Positions 24,392 to 38,811 of a stretch of 64,000 nt of DNA are shown here, in pieces. The notes under the pieces were generated by a model. The model had not been told where the DNA came from, did not search any database, and saw only the letters and a program-made list of their open reading frames with translations. This DNA is from Tubulanus polymorphus (Eukaryota; Animalia; Nemertea), in assembly GCF_964204645.1 (NCBI RefSeq), contig NC_134032.1, positions 11,768,275 to 11,832,274 of the forward strand, given 5' to 3'. Position 1 is the stretch's first letter. Every line of letters starts with the position of its first letter. The position numbers and the translations under genes are program-made.

Positions 24392-25489
24392 GTAGGAAAC
24401 GCTTATTTTTCCGATGTACGTCGTCAAAATTAGTTCATTTTCAACGGGCAACTGCGGTTTACCAGTTATTTCGCCACTAGATGGCGTGATGAGCACTCAG
24501 CCTTACATCGTCAACATCTGTTCATCATCAATGAACTGAATTTTTAGTCTTCCGAATAAATACATTCTGATCTGTCTCCTGAGCGCCTAGTAGCTGCTCA
24601 GATATTACTTCTTCCCAGGGAGAGATGACTGATACATGGTTAGATTTTTAGGCTAGGAGTAATGATACCAATTAAACGGAAAGCGCTGTTGAACATTTGA
24701 TTACTATTACTTTTACATTATTAGAGGACCAGCCAGATATACTTTATTACATAATTTTTATACATAATTCATTTTTCTACTCAATTCATGAAAATGATAT
24801 CTACTACTGCATAGAAAAATTAATTCGAATTGATTTATCTAAGAGGAATGTCCATTTGATTTTAACTGACAGCAGCGTTGGACATTCCCTAATCACTTTT
24901 TCATCCAAGATTTTTAGCCTCCCGCATGAAAGATTCTAAAAATCTACATCGTATCTGTTTAATGTAGAGGTCGCTGTTTAAATGCTTTTTTGGCCCCAGC
25001 CTTTCCAGACGAGGCTTTTCCCTGTTAAAACCCATCCCTGATTCGATCCTGTTGTTCCCGTAAAAATCTGCGTCATATTTTCTCGGAAAATCAATGCGAA
25101 CTTTCGAAATTCGAGCCTGTTTTTTAAATTCGCGTCTCGATGAAAATTTAATTAATCTCAAATTCAAAGATGAACCTCCTCGCGAACGAGAAATACTTCA
25201 ATCCGATCCGAGCTGCCGTTAGCAACGGTCGCCGAGCGATCAACAATCGACAACAAAGCTTTTCGTATTATCGTCGCGGTAACTAACGAACCAGAAATCG
25301 AATCGCTCTTTAATCGTCGCGCGATTATATTGAATTTCGCGTCTTTAAAGAGAAAATTCCTGCGCAAAAACAAAACGTCGAGCAGAAGATTATTATGGCG
25401 GAAGAGTTTTTCTTCCGCATAGCTGCTGGAGATATTCATTGAGCCCTTTCTTTGAAGTAATTTTAGTGTAATTCTTAAAACCATTCATG

Positions 25490-26220
25490 GCGAATCCTCT
25501 ATTGCCGCAGTAGTTGATTGTCCTATTGGGCACTAGCGCTCCAAGTAGAACCTCACTTGCCACAGTTGGAATCCTGTTTTTCCATGTTATTTGATAACCA
25601 ACTGCATACTAGCGCACCTGGTGGATCATCACTTACCACAGGCGGAATCCTCTTTTGTCACAGTTAATATCCTACTGTACACTAGCAACACCTGGTGGAT
25701 CCTCACTTGCCACAAGTGGAATACTCTATTGCCACAGTAGTTGATGTCCATACTAGCGCACCTGGTGGATCATCACTTACCACGGGTGGAATCCTCTTTT
25801 GTCACAGTAGTTGATATCCTACTGTACCCTAGCGACATATGGTGGATCCTCATTTGCCACAAGTGGAATCCTCTATTGCCACAGTAGTAGCGACACCCGG
25901 TGGATCCTCACTCATTAGAAGTGGAATCCTCTATTGCCACATTAGAAGCGACACCTGATGGATCATCACTTACCACGGGTGGAATCCTCTTTTATCACAG
26001 TAGTTATGATATCCTACTGCACACTAGTGATACCTGGTGGATCCTCACTTGCCACAAGTGGAATCATCTACGATTACGATTACGATTACGATTACGATTA
26101 CGATTTTATTTACACTCCAACCATTTCCATGGTATATGGAGGAAAACTATTACACATGTATATACAAATATTTACAAGTAGCGACACCTGGTGAATCGTC
26201 ACTCATTAGAAGTGGTATCG
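25490..26220. repeat. Dispersed minisatellite family (~60-75 bp unit) plus (CGATTA)n at 26070-26106
   Basis: Unit gtagttgatgtcctactgcacactagcgacacctggtggatcctcacttgccacaagtggaatcctctattgccaca. Confidence 0.85.
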
Positions 26221-28552
26221 TCTGTTATTGCTGCAGCTTCTTGCACCGACTCCCCTCGCATCCGATTCAAACATTAGTCACCGTTTTCTCCTAAGCGAAT
26301 ATGATTTTCCGATGCGGCGATAATGAATAAGCAAACAATATTCTGAAGCATGATTTCCTTTTTTTGCGCTCTCCTACACCTCTACCTCTTTACTCACTCC
26401 CGTTTAATGACTTGAGTACATTTTATCCGTCACCGAGCTGGGGGGAACGAGCGTGACGAGTTTATATGTTGTCCCCTGTTTGACCTGAGGTCGAACGCAA
26501 CTCGCGAGTCATCGACTCACTTCGGATATCAATGACTCTCAGCTGCCCTCCGAACTACGACAATATGGATCTACCTCGCGAAGGCTGGGGCTTTCAGCGC
26601 ATTAATAGCAGTGTCTGCGTTACTGCTCAGAAAAATTCGATATTTCTTAATCTGCCTCTCTGTCTCTCTCACTCTGCTTTCCAACTCTGTAAAGATCAGA
26701 AGATTTTGTCCGAATTGTCGTTCAACATGTGGTGAAGTTCTCTTGAATTCGGAGTTAGGTGAAATGAAATCTGAAACAAAATCTGTCGCTAATTGACTCC
26801 GATGCTGGACATTATTGGATTGAGAGAGAGAGCTTTGCTTCAATGGGAGACCGACGTCAGACTTTGGGGGCGGGGGGGGGTGGCAGTTGCTCAAAAGTTG
26901 GTTAAAGATAACCGGCGGATAAATACCATAGGCATAGTAACAATGAACTTTTAATTGTCACTATGTCAACTATCACCTGGACAACTCTAACCATCTTTTG
27001 AGCAACCGCCTTTTTGATGATTTTTTCATCGCCGTAGTTACTAGCCCAACCGATGCGCAACCCAACCGATTGTTGTACCGAACTCGCACGATAATTTCCT
27101 ATTAAATCGTCGGTCGATATTTTCGAGGTGAAGAGCGATCGAATTTCGAGATTTTCGTTCGATTATTTTCGTATCGTGTGTCTCGATATCGTTTCGCGTG
27201 CGTCAGCGTGTATTGTCACGCGAAATTGCTCAATTTCCGACGCGTCGTTCTCGAGGCGTTCTCTCTCCCGAGAGGAGGGCTCGCATCGCGCCCTTGCTTC
27301 ACGCCGTCGATTATTACCTATTAACTCGCCGAGGTAAATCTAATATTGAATTTTATGCGGCGCGCGATGCTCTTTTTCGCTGTCCCGGTGGAGACAGCGC
27401 TGAACTTAACAACTAATCATCTTAGCTTATCATCGTTTTTTAAAAGGATTTTTGATCGCCTTGACATTTTTTTTCTCAAAATTTGGGACGTTGTCCGAAT
27501 GAAGCCGAACTTTGGCTTAAACAGATACACGCAAAAAAGCTGGCTCCTAGAATATCTAAATTGCAGGCTTTCTTAAGTGGGTGGGTCCTGGGGGACCCAA
27601 TACGGCTGACTCATAGAACATCCAAATCCAAGCTGTCTTTAGCGGATGGCTCCAGTTGGTTTTTACGTCTCTGTTTTGCTGATTGAATGCAATATGGATG
27701 ACATGCAAGATATCACGTTCGGGGACACAAAGGGTGGCTCCAGTTGGACTAAAATTCAGTGCAACAAGTTTTCTTGTACAGATCCAATAGGGTGGCTTCT
27801 AGAATATCCCAATCCCAGCTTTTCTCTAGTGGTTGGACCCGGCTGGTTTTCATGTTTCTGTTTTCTAGATTGAATCCGATATGGATGACTGCAACGATAT
27901 CGCGTTTTGAGACGCAAAAGGGTGGCTCCGGTTGGATTTCGTTCCGGCGTTCAAAACATCGAAATCTTTCGATATCGTTTCGTCGTCGTGCGAGTTATTG
28001 TGTAAACGACGGTAACCATAGCGACCGAACGGGAGTTTTCGATGTTTGAGAGATAAACGACGAGATAAAACGTTCTCATTTCATATAAACGTCGTTCGCT
28101 CTCGCTCGGGGATCAACAGTTCGTCGGCCGTTCGACGCCGCAGACGATCACGAATTCATATCGCGCCGGATGCGATATATCGCGCGCGCGTGTATTCGCA
28201 TTGTTGTCGTCGTGTACCGGCGTAACTTGTTTATCATTGCGGGTCGTCGATGTGGAAACAGGATCGCGTCATCCACGCGTGGAACCGATTCGTCATCATC
28301 GTCTCTTATCGACGGATTTTCTATGGATTCTAGATTTTCCGACAACTTCGTTCGTTCGTCGCGATGAATCTTTCGTTGTCGCTTGAAATGTTTTCGCCGA
28401 AAAAAATCGTCGTCTTCGGCGAGCGGGTCGTTGAGTACGCGAAAACTCGTGGAACCTGGTAAAAAAATGGATCGTCTTGTGGAGACTCGATTTATTCGAT
28501 TCTGGAGATCGCGTTTCTAGATCCTCCATTGTTTATATCATACGTCACTTAA

Positions 28553-28838
28553 CCCTTTCAGTGCTGACTAATTAATACCCTATAGTGCTGAAGATAATTT
28601 TAAAATTTTGAAAAATTCCACTGTAGTGTGTTGAATAACGGGAATAGCACTTTAGTGCGTCTACACCCTGGCGCGGTGTATCGTTAGTTACTAATATTTC
28701 ACTGTTTGACAGGTGCTGCCATCTTTCAAGAGAGATAATTAGTAATTGCTAATTCAATCAATACACCGCAGTGCGGTGTACTAGCAAAATCCATCACTGA
28801 TTCGTACACCGCACTGTGGTGTAGACGCACTGAAAGGG
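28553..28838. mobile_element. piggyBac-type MITE copy 2 (opposite orientation)
   Basis: TTAA-CCCTTTCAGTGC...GCACTGAAAGGG-TTAA. Confidence 0.87.
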
Positions 28839-31800
28839 TTAAGTTTCATATCTCGGTTTGCCTTTTTCAAGAAAGCGCGGTGAAATGAGAACTGAAATGA
28901 GCGTAGTCTCATCGCGGAATCAGCAATTTCTTGTACCCTGTCGTTGGGAAAGATTCATTTCTATTTTCGATATACCGACAAAAAGTCTAGTACCCTCAGG
29001 ATACTATCCAAACTGAGCCCAGTTCGACAGTTGTGAGTTAGGATTCAACTCTGAGTTAACTCATTCTTAATTGGACAGATTCTAACTGACGAGTTAACTC
29101 TTAATTCACAGCTGTGGAACTAGATCCTGGTATGTATGGGATTTGAGGGGGTTAAATCCAGGGCAGAGAAACCAGAGAGCGTGAGAGAGAGGAACAAGGT
29201 CTGTTGACAAAAATCTCAGTGCAGGTCACCAAATCCGAAGTCTAGGGATTTCTATGCGTTAAGGTATAGCAGGGCCAAGCTCACGATCAAGGCTTAGATT
29301 TAAAAACATCTTCGTCCCATAGTCAATTTACAAAATTTGATGGTTTAAGTTCATTTTGAAACAAGTCAAAAAACAACTGAGCAACTGATGGTAGGGCCCA
29401 GTTTCGCATAACGGACTAACTCCTAAAACTGAAAGAAGAGATCGAATCGATTTAAGAGACTGTGGATGAACATATCGGTCTTTGACTGGTCATCAAGCGC
29501 GGGATTGCGGAAGTTCTGAATAATAATTATGATAATAATTGTCATTTATATAGCGCAGGTATCCAAACTAGAGTCTGCTCAAATGTTTTGAAACTATTGG
29601 CGGCAGACTTCTCGCTGATCCGCGAGGGCGTGCGCGCGTGTCAATCATTTTCTCCTGAAACCGAATCCGTAATATTTTTTCAGTTTCAATCGCCGGCGAC
29701 GACGACTTCGTGACATGATGATTTGCCGGTTTTCGCAGTCGCGCACTGTTATGAGTTTAATTCCGTTAAAAGCTTCCCGCGTGTTCGTTCGTTCGTTCGT
29801 TCGTTTGTCCTTCTACGACTTCGCAATCGGTTAAAATGCGTCTGCCGGCGTTCTCTCGGACTCATCATCGCTTCAGACGATTTTGCCGATTATTTTTTAC
29901 GGCTCCGTCGTCTCCGTCGAGAGGGAGAAATTTTTCTTCGTGAAGTTTTTTAATTAAATTTACTGTCGCTGCGACGCGGTGCTCGCCCGACCCGGTCGCG
30001 TCACGGACGACGAGAGGCTATTGTGCGCCTACAGAGAAATCGATAATCGTTTTATCAAATCTCACCGGTTTTAATCGGTAACAATGTATACTCGCTTCCT
30101 CGCTCAAACTTGGAAAAAAAAACAAATTTCCAAAAAATTGATTCTTGCTGTTCGTACATTCGAAGTAAGCTTTAATCAAAGTTTTTGCTGTTTTTTTCTA
30201 AGCATTTAACTGAAATCAATTTTTTTACTCTCAGTAGAATCTAATCCACGACTGTGGAATTGGGTCCAGGATCCAGTTCCGCAGTTTAGGCGGATTCATC
30301 TACTACAAGTTAAAATAACTAACTCGAAAAGAAGAAATCTAGACAATTGGTCTATAAGTGTATACATTTCGAAGGAAATTTCAATGGTAAATTTTTATCC
30401 AGTTTTTGGCTAGTTTTCTGACTGAAATCATCGATTTCTTTTACTGTCAGATATTCAAATTTAACACACAAAATGTGGAACTCTGGTCATAGCTCTAGGA
30501 GTCAAAATAATTTCATTTCTGACAGTTGGTGTCAAATTGCTGATGGTTCCAGAAACTTTCTTAAAACTACCAGTAAAATATTTATGCCCCACTTGAAGTG
30601 TTTTATGTAGAAAAGGATGCAAAGTTGTGGACAAACATCTGTAATGGGCACTTGCAGCTATCATTCCTGTCATAATGCCCTTTTCTAATGAATTTGCCCC
30701 TGGATCTGCCCGTGGGCCCTGTTTTAAAGACTGGTATTACCTTTAACCCGTGGGCTAACTCAATTGATAATGAATCGAGTTAACCCCCCCCCTCCCCCCG
30801 GATTAAAGTAATACCAGTCTATAAAACCGGGCGGTGAATTATAGTCAAGAACTGGATACGGGACCCTGTTCTGAATCCCCAAATCGTGATACTTGATCTT
30901 GTTTACTGAGTTTAGATTCTAAGAATACTAAGCCTCGCCGAGATGCTAATCTTCGATACTGGATTCCGGACGCTGGAGTTGTTTTCGTTTTTCAGAGTTG
31001 ATGAATGAGTTGCATATGATTAACTCATTGTCAACTCGTGTCATGAATTTAACCCTCGCCCGCAACGTAATGAAATCAATCACGCCTCTATCCCCCCCCC
31101 TCCTGCTGCCTGTTGCCTGCCTGCCTGTCTCCAACTCACTGACCACCACTGACTTCATCTGTTATCGAAAATTAACTTGTCTTATCCAAGGTTTACCCAT
31201 GACTTATCAGTTGATTAGATAATTTCCCTGCAGGATAAGAGTGGTAACCGTTTGTCTGCGGCGAGAGTCTGCCTGTGTTGACGCAGGTCTAAATGCTAAG
31301 GACGATGCGTAGACACAGCCTACACAGTCAACGCTTAGATTTAAGACCAGTCTAACAACAAAAGCAATCTAACAACAATTTAGTAACATTTTTGGACTGA
31401 CTGCTTTAGACTGATCCTATTTTGTTTTGACTTTTAATGCCCCAGTTCGATATTATAAAATTTGTAAACTTGTCTTGAATTGGTGTTAGGCTGGTCTTAA
31501 GTTTTTAGATCGACTTTAGAACAAAAACGAGCCAACGCTGTTCGTAAGTTGATTGATTAGAAATGGAAGCAAAATTGGAAATCGGAGCTGGGACTGGTCG
31601 TCTTAGGTTGCTGGACTGATCTAGAACTTTAGTTGTTATCTTGGCTATAGAGCTAATGTAACGTCATAGTAGGTCATATTGAACATCAATGGGATACGGG
31701 CACCACCAGATGGCGCAACAAAACACGGGGTCATTCGCAGTGAAATTCAGTTCATTTTCAATGAAATTTGAGTTCAATTTTCAGGCTTCCAAATATGAAA

Positions 31801-32035
31801 ATTATCAAATGAGTCGATAGATAGATATAGGATCCGCTTTCTCACTCTGGGTGTATATGGTATCGATTTCACTGAAAATTGATTTAAAATAATGAGAAAA
31901 GTTGATTCTAATTTAATTGAAATGTAGAAAGAATTGAAGCTCGGTAACCCAGTGCCACTAGGGATCCTGGTGGATTATCGCTGAATCTTTGCTTGCCACT
32001 TTAGCATTGCCGGTATCCCAATTGTTCTCCAAACG

Positions 32036-32272
32036 CAAGCCCAGCTACCAGAAGTTAAGACACAGCAAGCCCAGCTAACAGAAGTTAAAAAATGGCAAGC
32101 CCAGCTAACAGAAGTTGAAAAATGGCAAGCCCAGCTAACAGAAGTTAAAAAACGGCAAGCCCAGCTCACAGAAGTTAAAAAATGGCAAGCCCAGCTAACA
32201 GAAGTTGAAAAATGGCAAGCCCAGCTAACAGTGGTTGAAAAATGCCAAGACCAGCTAACGGAAGCTAAAAAA
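32036..32272. repeat. 30-bp minisatellite (~8 units)
   Basis: caagcccagctaacagaagtt(a/g)aaaaatgg. Confidence 0.9.
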
Positions 32273-34594
32273 TGTATTTATATATAGTCAATAAGCTTGA
32301 CATCTGTGCATATAACCACTATACAACCAAAATGAGCTGTAGCAATATAGTTGTCGGAAGAAATATCAAAGATCATGGGGTTGATGGTCTCTAAACCCGA
32401 CCGATCCCGAGTGAGATCTCGTCGAGAAACTCCTCTATAAAGAGAAGATCCTCGCGTAAAATAAGCGGATGTTTATTTTGCCTGCCGGCGAAGATATGAT
32501 GATATTCGCCCAAGGGGCTTCGAATTATTTTATCACCTGCCAAAATATGTTACGAGTAATCCGATAGTTAATCTAAATATTAAAGCGTAAATTAATCCCG
32601 TACATAACGGTTAATCCCCCCTCTACCCCTTACAGTAATCTCTCCAGCGCGTTCGCTCGTCGCTGTAATCCCGTTCTTTCTCTCTCCCGGCGTAAGACGC
32701 TAGCCGTACGCTGATGGATGGATTCCTCACTCGCCGCAGATCAATCTCTCATGCGCGAAATCATATTTTTCGTATATATATGCGCTTGTATTTTTTCACG
32801 CCTCGGATGTTCGCAGTCTGTGGTTTTGCTTACGAGATTGGCTTGTTATTGTGTGGCTAATCTGTTTGTCTCTCGTCCAACTGGAAGTCCATCTGTAATT
32901 TTTGAGCTAGGTTTTGGGCTTAGAGTGAGTAAACCCGGCTTGACAGTTAATGTACCTTTGATTGGACCCAGTTCTACATTTGTGTGTCATTCAATTTGAT
33001 TCTGAACCTCCTCCATAGTTACGTGGTTCGACTCTGGACCCATTTTACAATTGCCCGTACACCGGTGGAGTGTCTCTGCCTTAATCAGGTGTGTTGTAGT
33101 CAATGGTCAAGAGCTCCCAAACCTCTATCTCCGATCGCTACTATGGAACTGGACGCAGATCCACAATTGTGTGGGTTCGATTTAACTCTGGACCCAGGAC
33201 TCGGTTCGGCTGTTGTGAGTTAACATTTGACTCAACAGTTAACACAATGAAAATGAACTAGTTTTAACTCACAAATATGGAACTGGACCCAGGTTATGTA
33301 GGTTTGATTTAAGTCTGGACCCAGTTCCACAGCTGTATGGGTTTAATTTGACTCTATTTACCAGTTCCACAGTTATGTGGGTATAATTTGCCCTTGGAAC
33401 CAGTTAACAGTTGTATGGGTTTGATTTAACTCTGGACCCAGTTCCACAGATATATGGGTTTGATGATTATTAATAGTTATCATTAGAATCTGGGGTGGGG
33501 GTCAATCTCAACTGTAGAACTGAATTGAAGACTTTTCGATATCGATACGCGGATATGCTCCACTAGTGTCAGCGCTGACTGCGCAGCGAGAGGAGTGCGT
33601 GTACTGACGGTTGCAGCAGCAGCGTTGAAGTTGCAGCATTTACCAATCAGTATCTGACAAACTATCGCACGCTGCTGACGCACCTCGACAACATGGATAT
33701 CACATAATACTCGTAATTCACGCGTTTCTCACTAGGTGGCATCGTTCACGACGCTATAGACAAACTAGTCTAAACCCCTCGGTTTAGGTAATTTCGTCAA
33801 TCTACCAGAAAAAAACTAAATTTAAATGATTTTGTTTCTGGACACGGGGTAGGCTAGTATTTTTGAAGTTTTGTTTCGAAGAGGCGATTACTAAATTTTT
33901 GATTAGCGGATTTTTTTTTTTAATCGAACTTTTAAAAGAATCTAATTCGACATTTTCACCGGATATGAATGATCAGTATTTCTCGCGGATTATTATCGAT
34001 ACATTTCACTGATAAAAAGATTTTTGATATTTCGATATTTGGAATTATCCTCGTCGGGATTATGTTAACATGCGGATTTAGTTTCTGTCATCAAAACTCT
34101 AAAACAAAGGTACGTTCGACTGCATTCTTTCACGCTCTATTCCTTTAAACACTGACTTTACAGTCAAAACACTCCGTGAATTAGGTACCGCTATGGACTC
34201 CGGAGTCATACTAAGCCTACCGCTATCAAAATGACTTCGTCGATATATGGGGCAAAAAATTGAGGTCTTTTTAAAACGCATCCCTTGTTTTCGTGGTTGC
34301 ACAGTCAACCCGTTTAAGCCATCATATCTGGGCCGATCATTATGCTGACAACTTGTATCCGAATGACAATTTACACTTGTAAGATTGAATTGGTGATATA
34401 CGCGAATTGCGACTTAAAAATATCGACGACTATAAACGATGCAACGACTTATCCGATTATGACTTGAACTGTATTCTGGTGAAATTCATATTCTAGAGTA
34501 AATATCAAAGTATGAATCTAATCTATATCAGTCTCATTGGAATCTTTCTGGATCTATGTGCCTCTTGGGAGTCTTATTCGGTCTCATTCAGTAT

Positions 34595-35402
34595 CAGTCA
34601 GTCCTCTATTCCTCACTTGGACGTTTAAGAAAGTCTCACCGAGCCTTGGGAGTCTTGTTTGGTCTCATTGAGTCACAGTCAATACTCTATTCCTCACATG
34701 GACCTTTGAGAGAGTCTCCCTGAGTCTCAGTCAGTCCTCTATTCCTCACATGGACCTTTGAGAGAGTCTCCCTGAGTCTCAGTCAGTCCTCTATTCCTCA
34801 CATGGACGTTTGAGAGAGTCTCCCTGAGTCTCAGTCAGTCCCTTATTCCTCACATGGACCTTTGAGAGAGTCTCCCTGAGTCTCAATCAGTCCTCTATTC
34901 CTCACATGGACCTTTGAGAGAGTCTCCCTGAGTCTCAGTCAGTCCTCTATTCCTCACATGGACCTTTGAGAGAGTCTCCCTGAGTCTCAGTCAGTCCCCT
35001 ATTCCTCACATGGACCTTTGAGAGAGTCTCCCTGAGTCTCAGTCAGTCCCCTATTCCTCACATGGACTTTTGAGAGAGTCTCCCTGAGTCTCAGTCAGTC
35101 TTCTATTCCTCACATGGACCTTTGAGAGAGTCTCCCTGAGTCTCGGTCAGTCCGCCATTTCTCCACGAGGACTTTTGAGAGAGTCTCCCTGAGTCTCAGT
35201 CAGTCTTCTATTCCTCACATGGACCGTTGAGAGAGTCTCCCTGAGTCTCAGTCAGTCCTCTATTCCTCACATGGACCTTTGAGAGAGTCTCCCTGAGTCT
35301 CAGTCAGTCCTCTATTCCTCACATGGACCTTTGAGAGAGTCTCCCTGAGTCTCGGTCAGTCCTCCATTTCTCTACGTGGACTTTTGAGAGAGTCTCACTG
35401 AG
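34595..35402. repeat. 52-bp minisatellite (~14-15 near-identical units)
   Basis: cagtcagtcctctattcctcacatggacctttgagagagtctccctgagtct; units at 34728, 34780... Confidence 0.95.
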
Positions 35403-36808
35403 CCTTATTTGGTCTCATTGAGTCGTATTTAGTTACAATCCGTCCTCTTTTCGTCACTAGGACATTTTAGTTCTATCTGCGTGGTGTGTGTATTTCACTG
35501 GCCCGCTGCTCCGTGCTGTATATGGTAGAGTATATATTTACGAGTGGCGTCTGAAAGTCCGTCATTAATTCTACATAAATGACTGTTGATCGCTATCAGT
35601 TACACTCATCTCTGTCTCTCCCTCTCTCTCACTCTCTCTCTCTCTCTCTCTCTTCATCCTCTCATCCTATTCCTACTGTACATCGTATAAAGCGACGACG
35701 ACTTCTAAACTCGCAACAGAAATCGATTCATAAGAAATAGAAGAAGATTCGACGGTGCTGTGCACGCGCGATTTATTTATTCGTATTCGGAAATTATTTC
35801 GAGAAAAATATCGTTTTTTTTAAACGATTTTTCCCTCGCTCCCCTAAACTTCTCTAAACCTGGCCCCGTTAACAGTCAGTCTCTCCCCGTTAACAGTCAA
35901 TTCCTGAAGCTGCTCAATATTCCAGCTATTCTCACCCCTTTTCTACTCTCTCCTCTTTCTCTTCCTCTTGCTGCCATTCTCAACCCCTTTCTACTCTCTC
36001 CTTCCCCTTCTCATCTGCCTTTTGTCCTCACTCTCACCCCCTTTCTATTCTCTTCTTCCCCTTCTCTTCCTCCTTTTGTCCTCATTCTCACTTTCTCCTC
36101 TTGCACTTCTTTCACTCCCACCCTCTCTATCACCTCCACATAGACTCACCAAATTCTCATTCAGTATTTAATCAACAATTCTTTAAGCTAGCGACGGAGA
36201 AAGCGAAAGAAAGGAGACGGGGGAGGGATATAGGGAGTGTTTTCGCTGATCGTCAGTTCAGCTCGGTACTCGGGGCTCGGCGTCGCGCTCGGTGTCGCGG
36301 CTGCGTCTCTCGGCGTTTCACTCATCAACGTCGTCGTCGCTGCGCGTTTACTCATCGCGTTACGTTCAAACAAAACCGTCGTCGTCGTCGTCGTTTCACC
36401 GGAGGCGCGTCGTGAATACGGTAACAACCCGTAGCAATCCGTGCGAACGCGCGCGATGAAGATGGCGCTTGTTAAAAGTTTGATGAGTCGCGCTGATCAC
36501 TGACCCTTTCGTTCCGCGTCTGCTCAGTCGATTCGTCTATTGCGTCTGCCCGCGCGCGCGCATTAGTTATTTATACTCTTATACGGTTTGTGCTCCGATT
36601 GCGTTAGGAAAAATGTCTAACAACGATTTTTGAACGGGATTGGAAGTGAGCGGAGGTGTCAGGGTTAAAGGAGGGCATGTGATGTTGGGGTTGTGTTGCC
36701 TCAAGAGATCATCACACAAGCCCATGCTGCCTTTAGATTGTTGCTTAGTGCTTTTTCAAGCCATGGAATCTTAGGTCCACGGTCAAGTTTAACTTTCAGC
36801 TTGAGGGA

Positions 36809-37045
36809 TGAACCAGCCTATAACCCTAGAATCCTGCCTTGGACTGAACCAACCTGAAACCCTAGAATCTTGCCTTGGACTGAACCAACCTATAACCCTA
36901 GAATCCTGCCTTGGACTGAACCAACCTATAACCCTAGAATCCTGCCTTGGACTGAACCAACCTATAACCCTAGAATCCTGCCTTGGACTGAACCAACCTA
37001 TAACCCTAGAATCTTTACTTGATCTAGACCAACCTGAAACCCTCA
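36809..37045. repeat. 36-bp minisatellite (~6.5 units)
   Basis: tgaaccaacctataaccctagaatcctgccttggac. Confidence 0.92.
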
Positions 37046-38422
37046 GAATCATGCATCGGATTGGCCAAACTTGCCTCCCCCAATCCTTATATGGAATATT
37101 CTCATACCTATAGCCACTACAGTAACCACTTTAGTGACCACTGGTCAAACGTTGAAATATACCAATATATTCAGTGTTTACATTGCTATCGAAAACCATT
37201 TGAGAAATTCAGATTTACAGAATACAGATTTCATTCAAAATTGAATCATGGAATTGTATACTAGAACTGAACCTTCAACCCCCTCTCTCCCGTTACAATA
37301 GCAATACAAAATGAGAACCATTTTCCAAGTTGAAACAACTCTTCGCTTGGTGATTAAATCTTCAGATAAGTGGTTGATATTTTCTCGGCGCGGTTCTTCG
37401 AGAACCGTTCGCCGAGTGTCTCGTCGATCTGCGTCGAGAGATGTTTTTCTCGTTAAAAACAATCTCCGCGCGCGCGCGAAGTCGGTTTACGTTTGTTTTC
37501 CGCGGTTGAAGAGGCACTCGTCGAAGAGACCGAACACGCACGCGGTCGCGCGGAGAACGACCTTCATCTAAAGCGGAGCCGCGCACGGCGCGATAACGGG
37601 GACGGTAATGATTTTTTTGCGCGCGAATCAAATTACCGGGGATCTCTCGGACGTCGTTGGAATTACGCGGCCGGTTCACGCGAAATTCGTTTTTCCTACG
37701 AATTACGATCGATCTCATTGTCGGCGCGAAATTGTCATTTCGTCGGGAAGTAATCGAAGGTGATGATTGGACGATGGTTCGCTAGTTTATATGTAGGGGG
37801 CGCCGCGTAGAACGCGTTCGAATTCCGTACGTCGGGGAAGCATCAGAAGGAGTACGTTTTTAGAATACTTAAGACCAGTTATAAGATCACCTTAGACTTA
37901 GTTCTGTTGCCAATCTAACAACTTGAGGCCGATAAGATTTAACGCCACTTTTTCTAACGACTATGCCCAGAAATGTTTTTTATGGTAGTCTGCAGAAGAT
38001 ATGAAGTCTGTCTTCATCATCGTTATGATTCAGCCATGTTTTGTAGTGAAACTAAGAGTGTTTGAAAGTTGTCACTCAGTCGCAGTTTGTTTGTATCGAT
38101 GTGAATATTCTTCAGACCGAGTTCGTCAATTGTGTTTTAACGCTGTATATCGTCGCTTCAATTGTTTTCAAAATGACTCATAGAGTGAAGCCTTTGTTTT
38201 TAAGTGAAACTAAGAGTGTTTGGAAGTCGTTACGGTTTGTATCGATGTGAATATTCTTCAGAAGGAGTTCGTTATCAGCCATTGTTCAAACATGAAAGTT
38301 ACGCCGTATCGTCGCTTGAATATTTCATTTTCAAAATAAGAAATAATCATAGCGCGAAGATATGTTTTGGTTTTCAAGCAACAGTGGGTGGTTTTGAAAA
38401 TATCCAAATCATGGCATTCTTA

Positions 38423-38737
38423 AATAATGATGATAATAATAGTGTAATTTATACAGGTATCCCGAACCGAGTCTAGTTCAAATGCACTCAAAACTTGGCA
38501 CCTTACCCCCAGTCTATTACTCATTTCCATGTATCAGTCATCTCTCCCTGGGGAGAAGTAACATCCGAGCAGCTACTTGGCGCTCAGGAGTCATCTATCA
38601 GACCAGGTACCCATTTACTTCTGGGTGGACGAGGTAATGAGGATAAGGGTCTTGCCCGAGGACACTAAGGGAATGTACGGGGTTTGAACCCGCGACCTGG
38701 CTCCCGGAATCGAACGCTCTAACCACTCGCCCGACAC
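38423..38737 (-). mobile_element. tRNA-derived SINE, near full length
   Basis: Minus strand: A-box-like GGGCGAGTGG, B box GGTTCAAACCC, central gtgtcctcgggcaagac...ccacccagaagtaaatgggtacc, (TTA/ATC)n tail; fragments at 24577-24640 and ~29520-29585. Confidence 0.85.
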
Positions 38738-38811
38738 AGTACCCGGTCATCTGGGAGCTCTGCCTCTAGTAGGAAGTTCTGAGTCGACTAGCTCGAGGCA
38801 TCTGCTCAGAA

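Noticed and set aside
34595-35402. Regular repeat arrays as CRISPR
   Set aside because: Head-to-tail identical units with no unique spacers, eukaryotic context, no cas genes
36789-37113. Repetitive ORFs (87/101 aa), likewise those at 31975, 39632, 42037-42548, 43033 and 25900-26294
   Set aside because: Translations of minisatellites; no protein-like features or splice context
38676-38737. tRNA gene
   Set aside because: No complete cloverleaf or acceptor stem; continues into SINE body and tail
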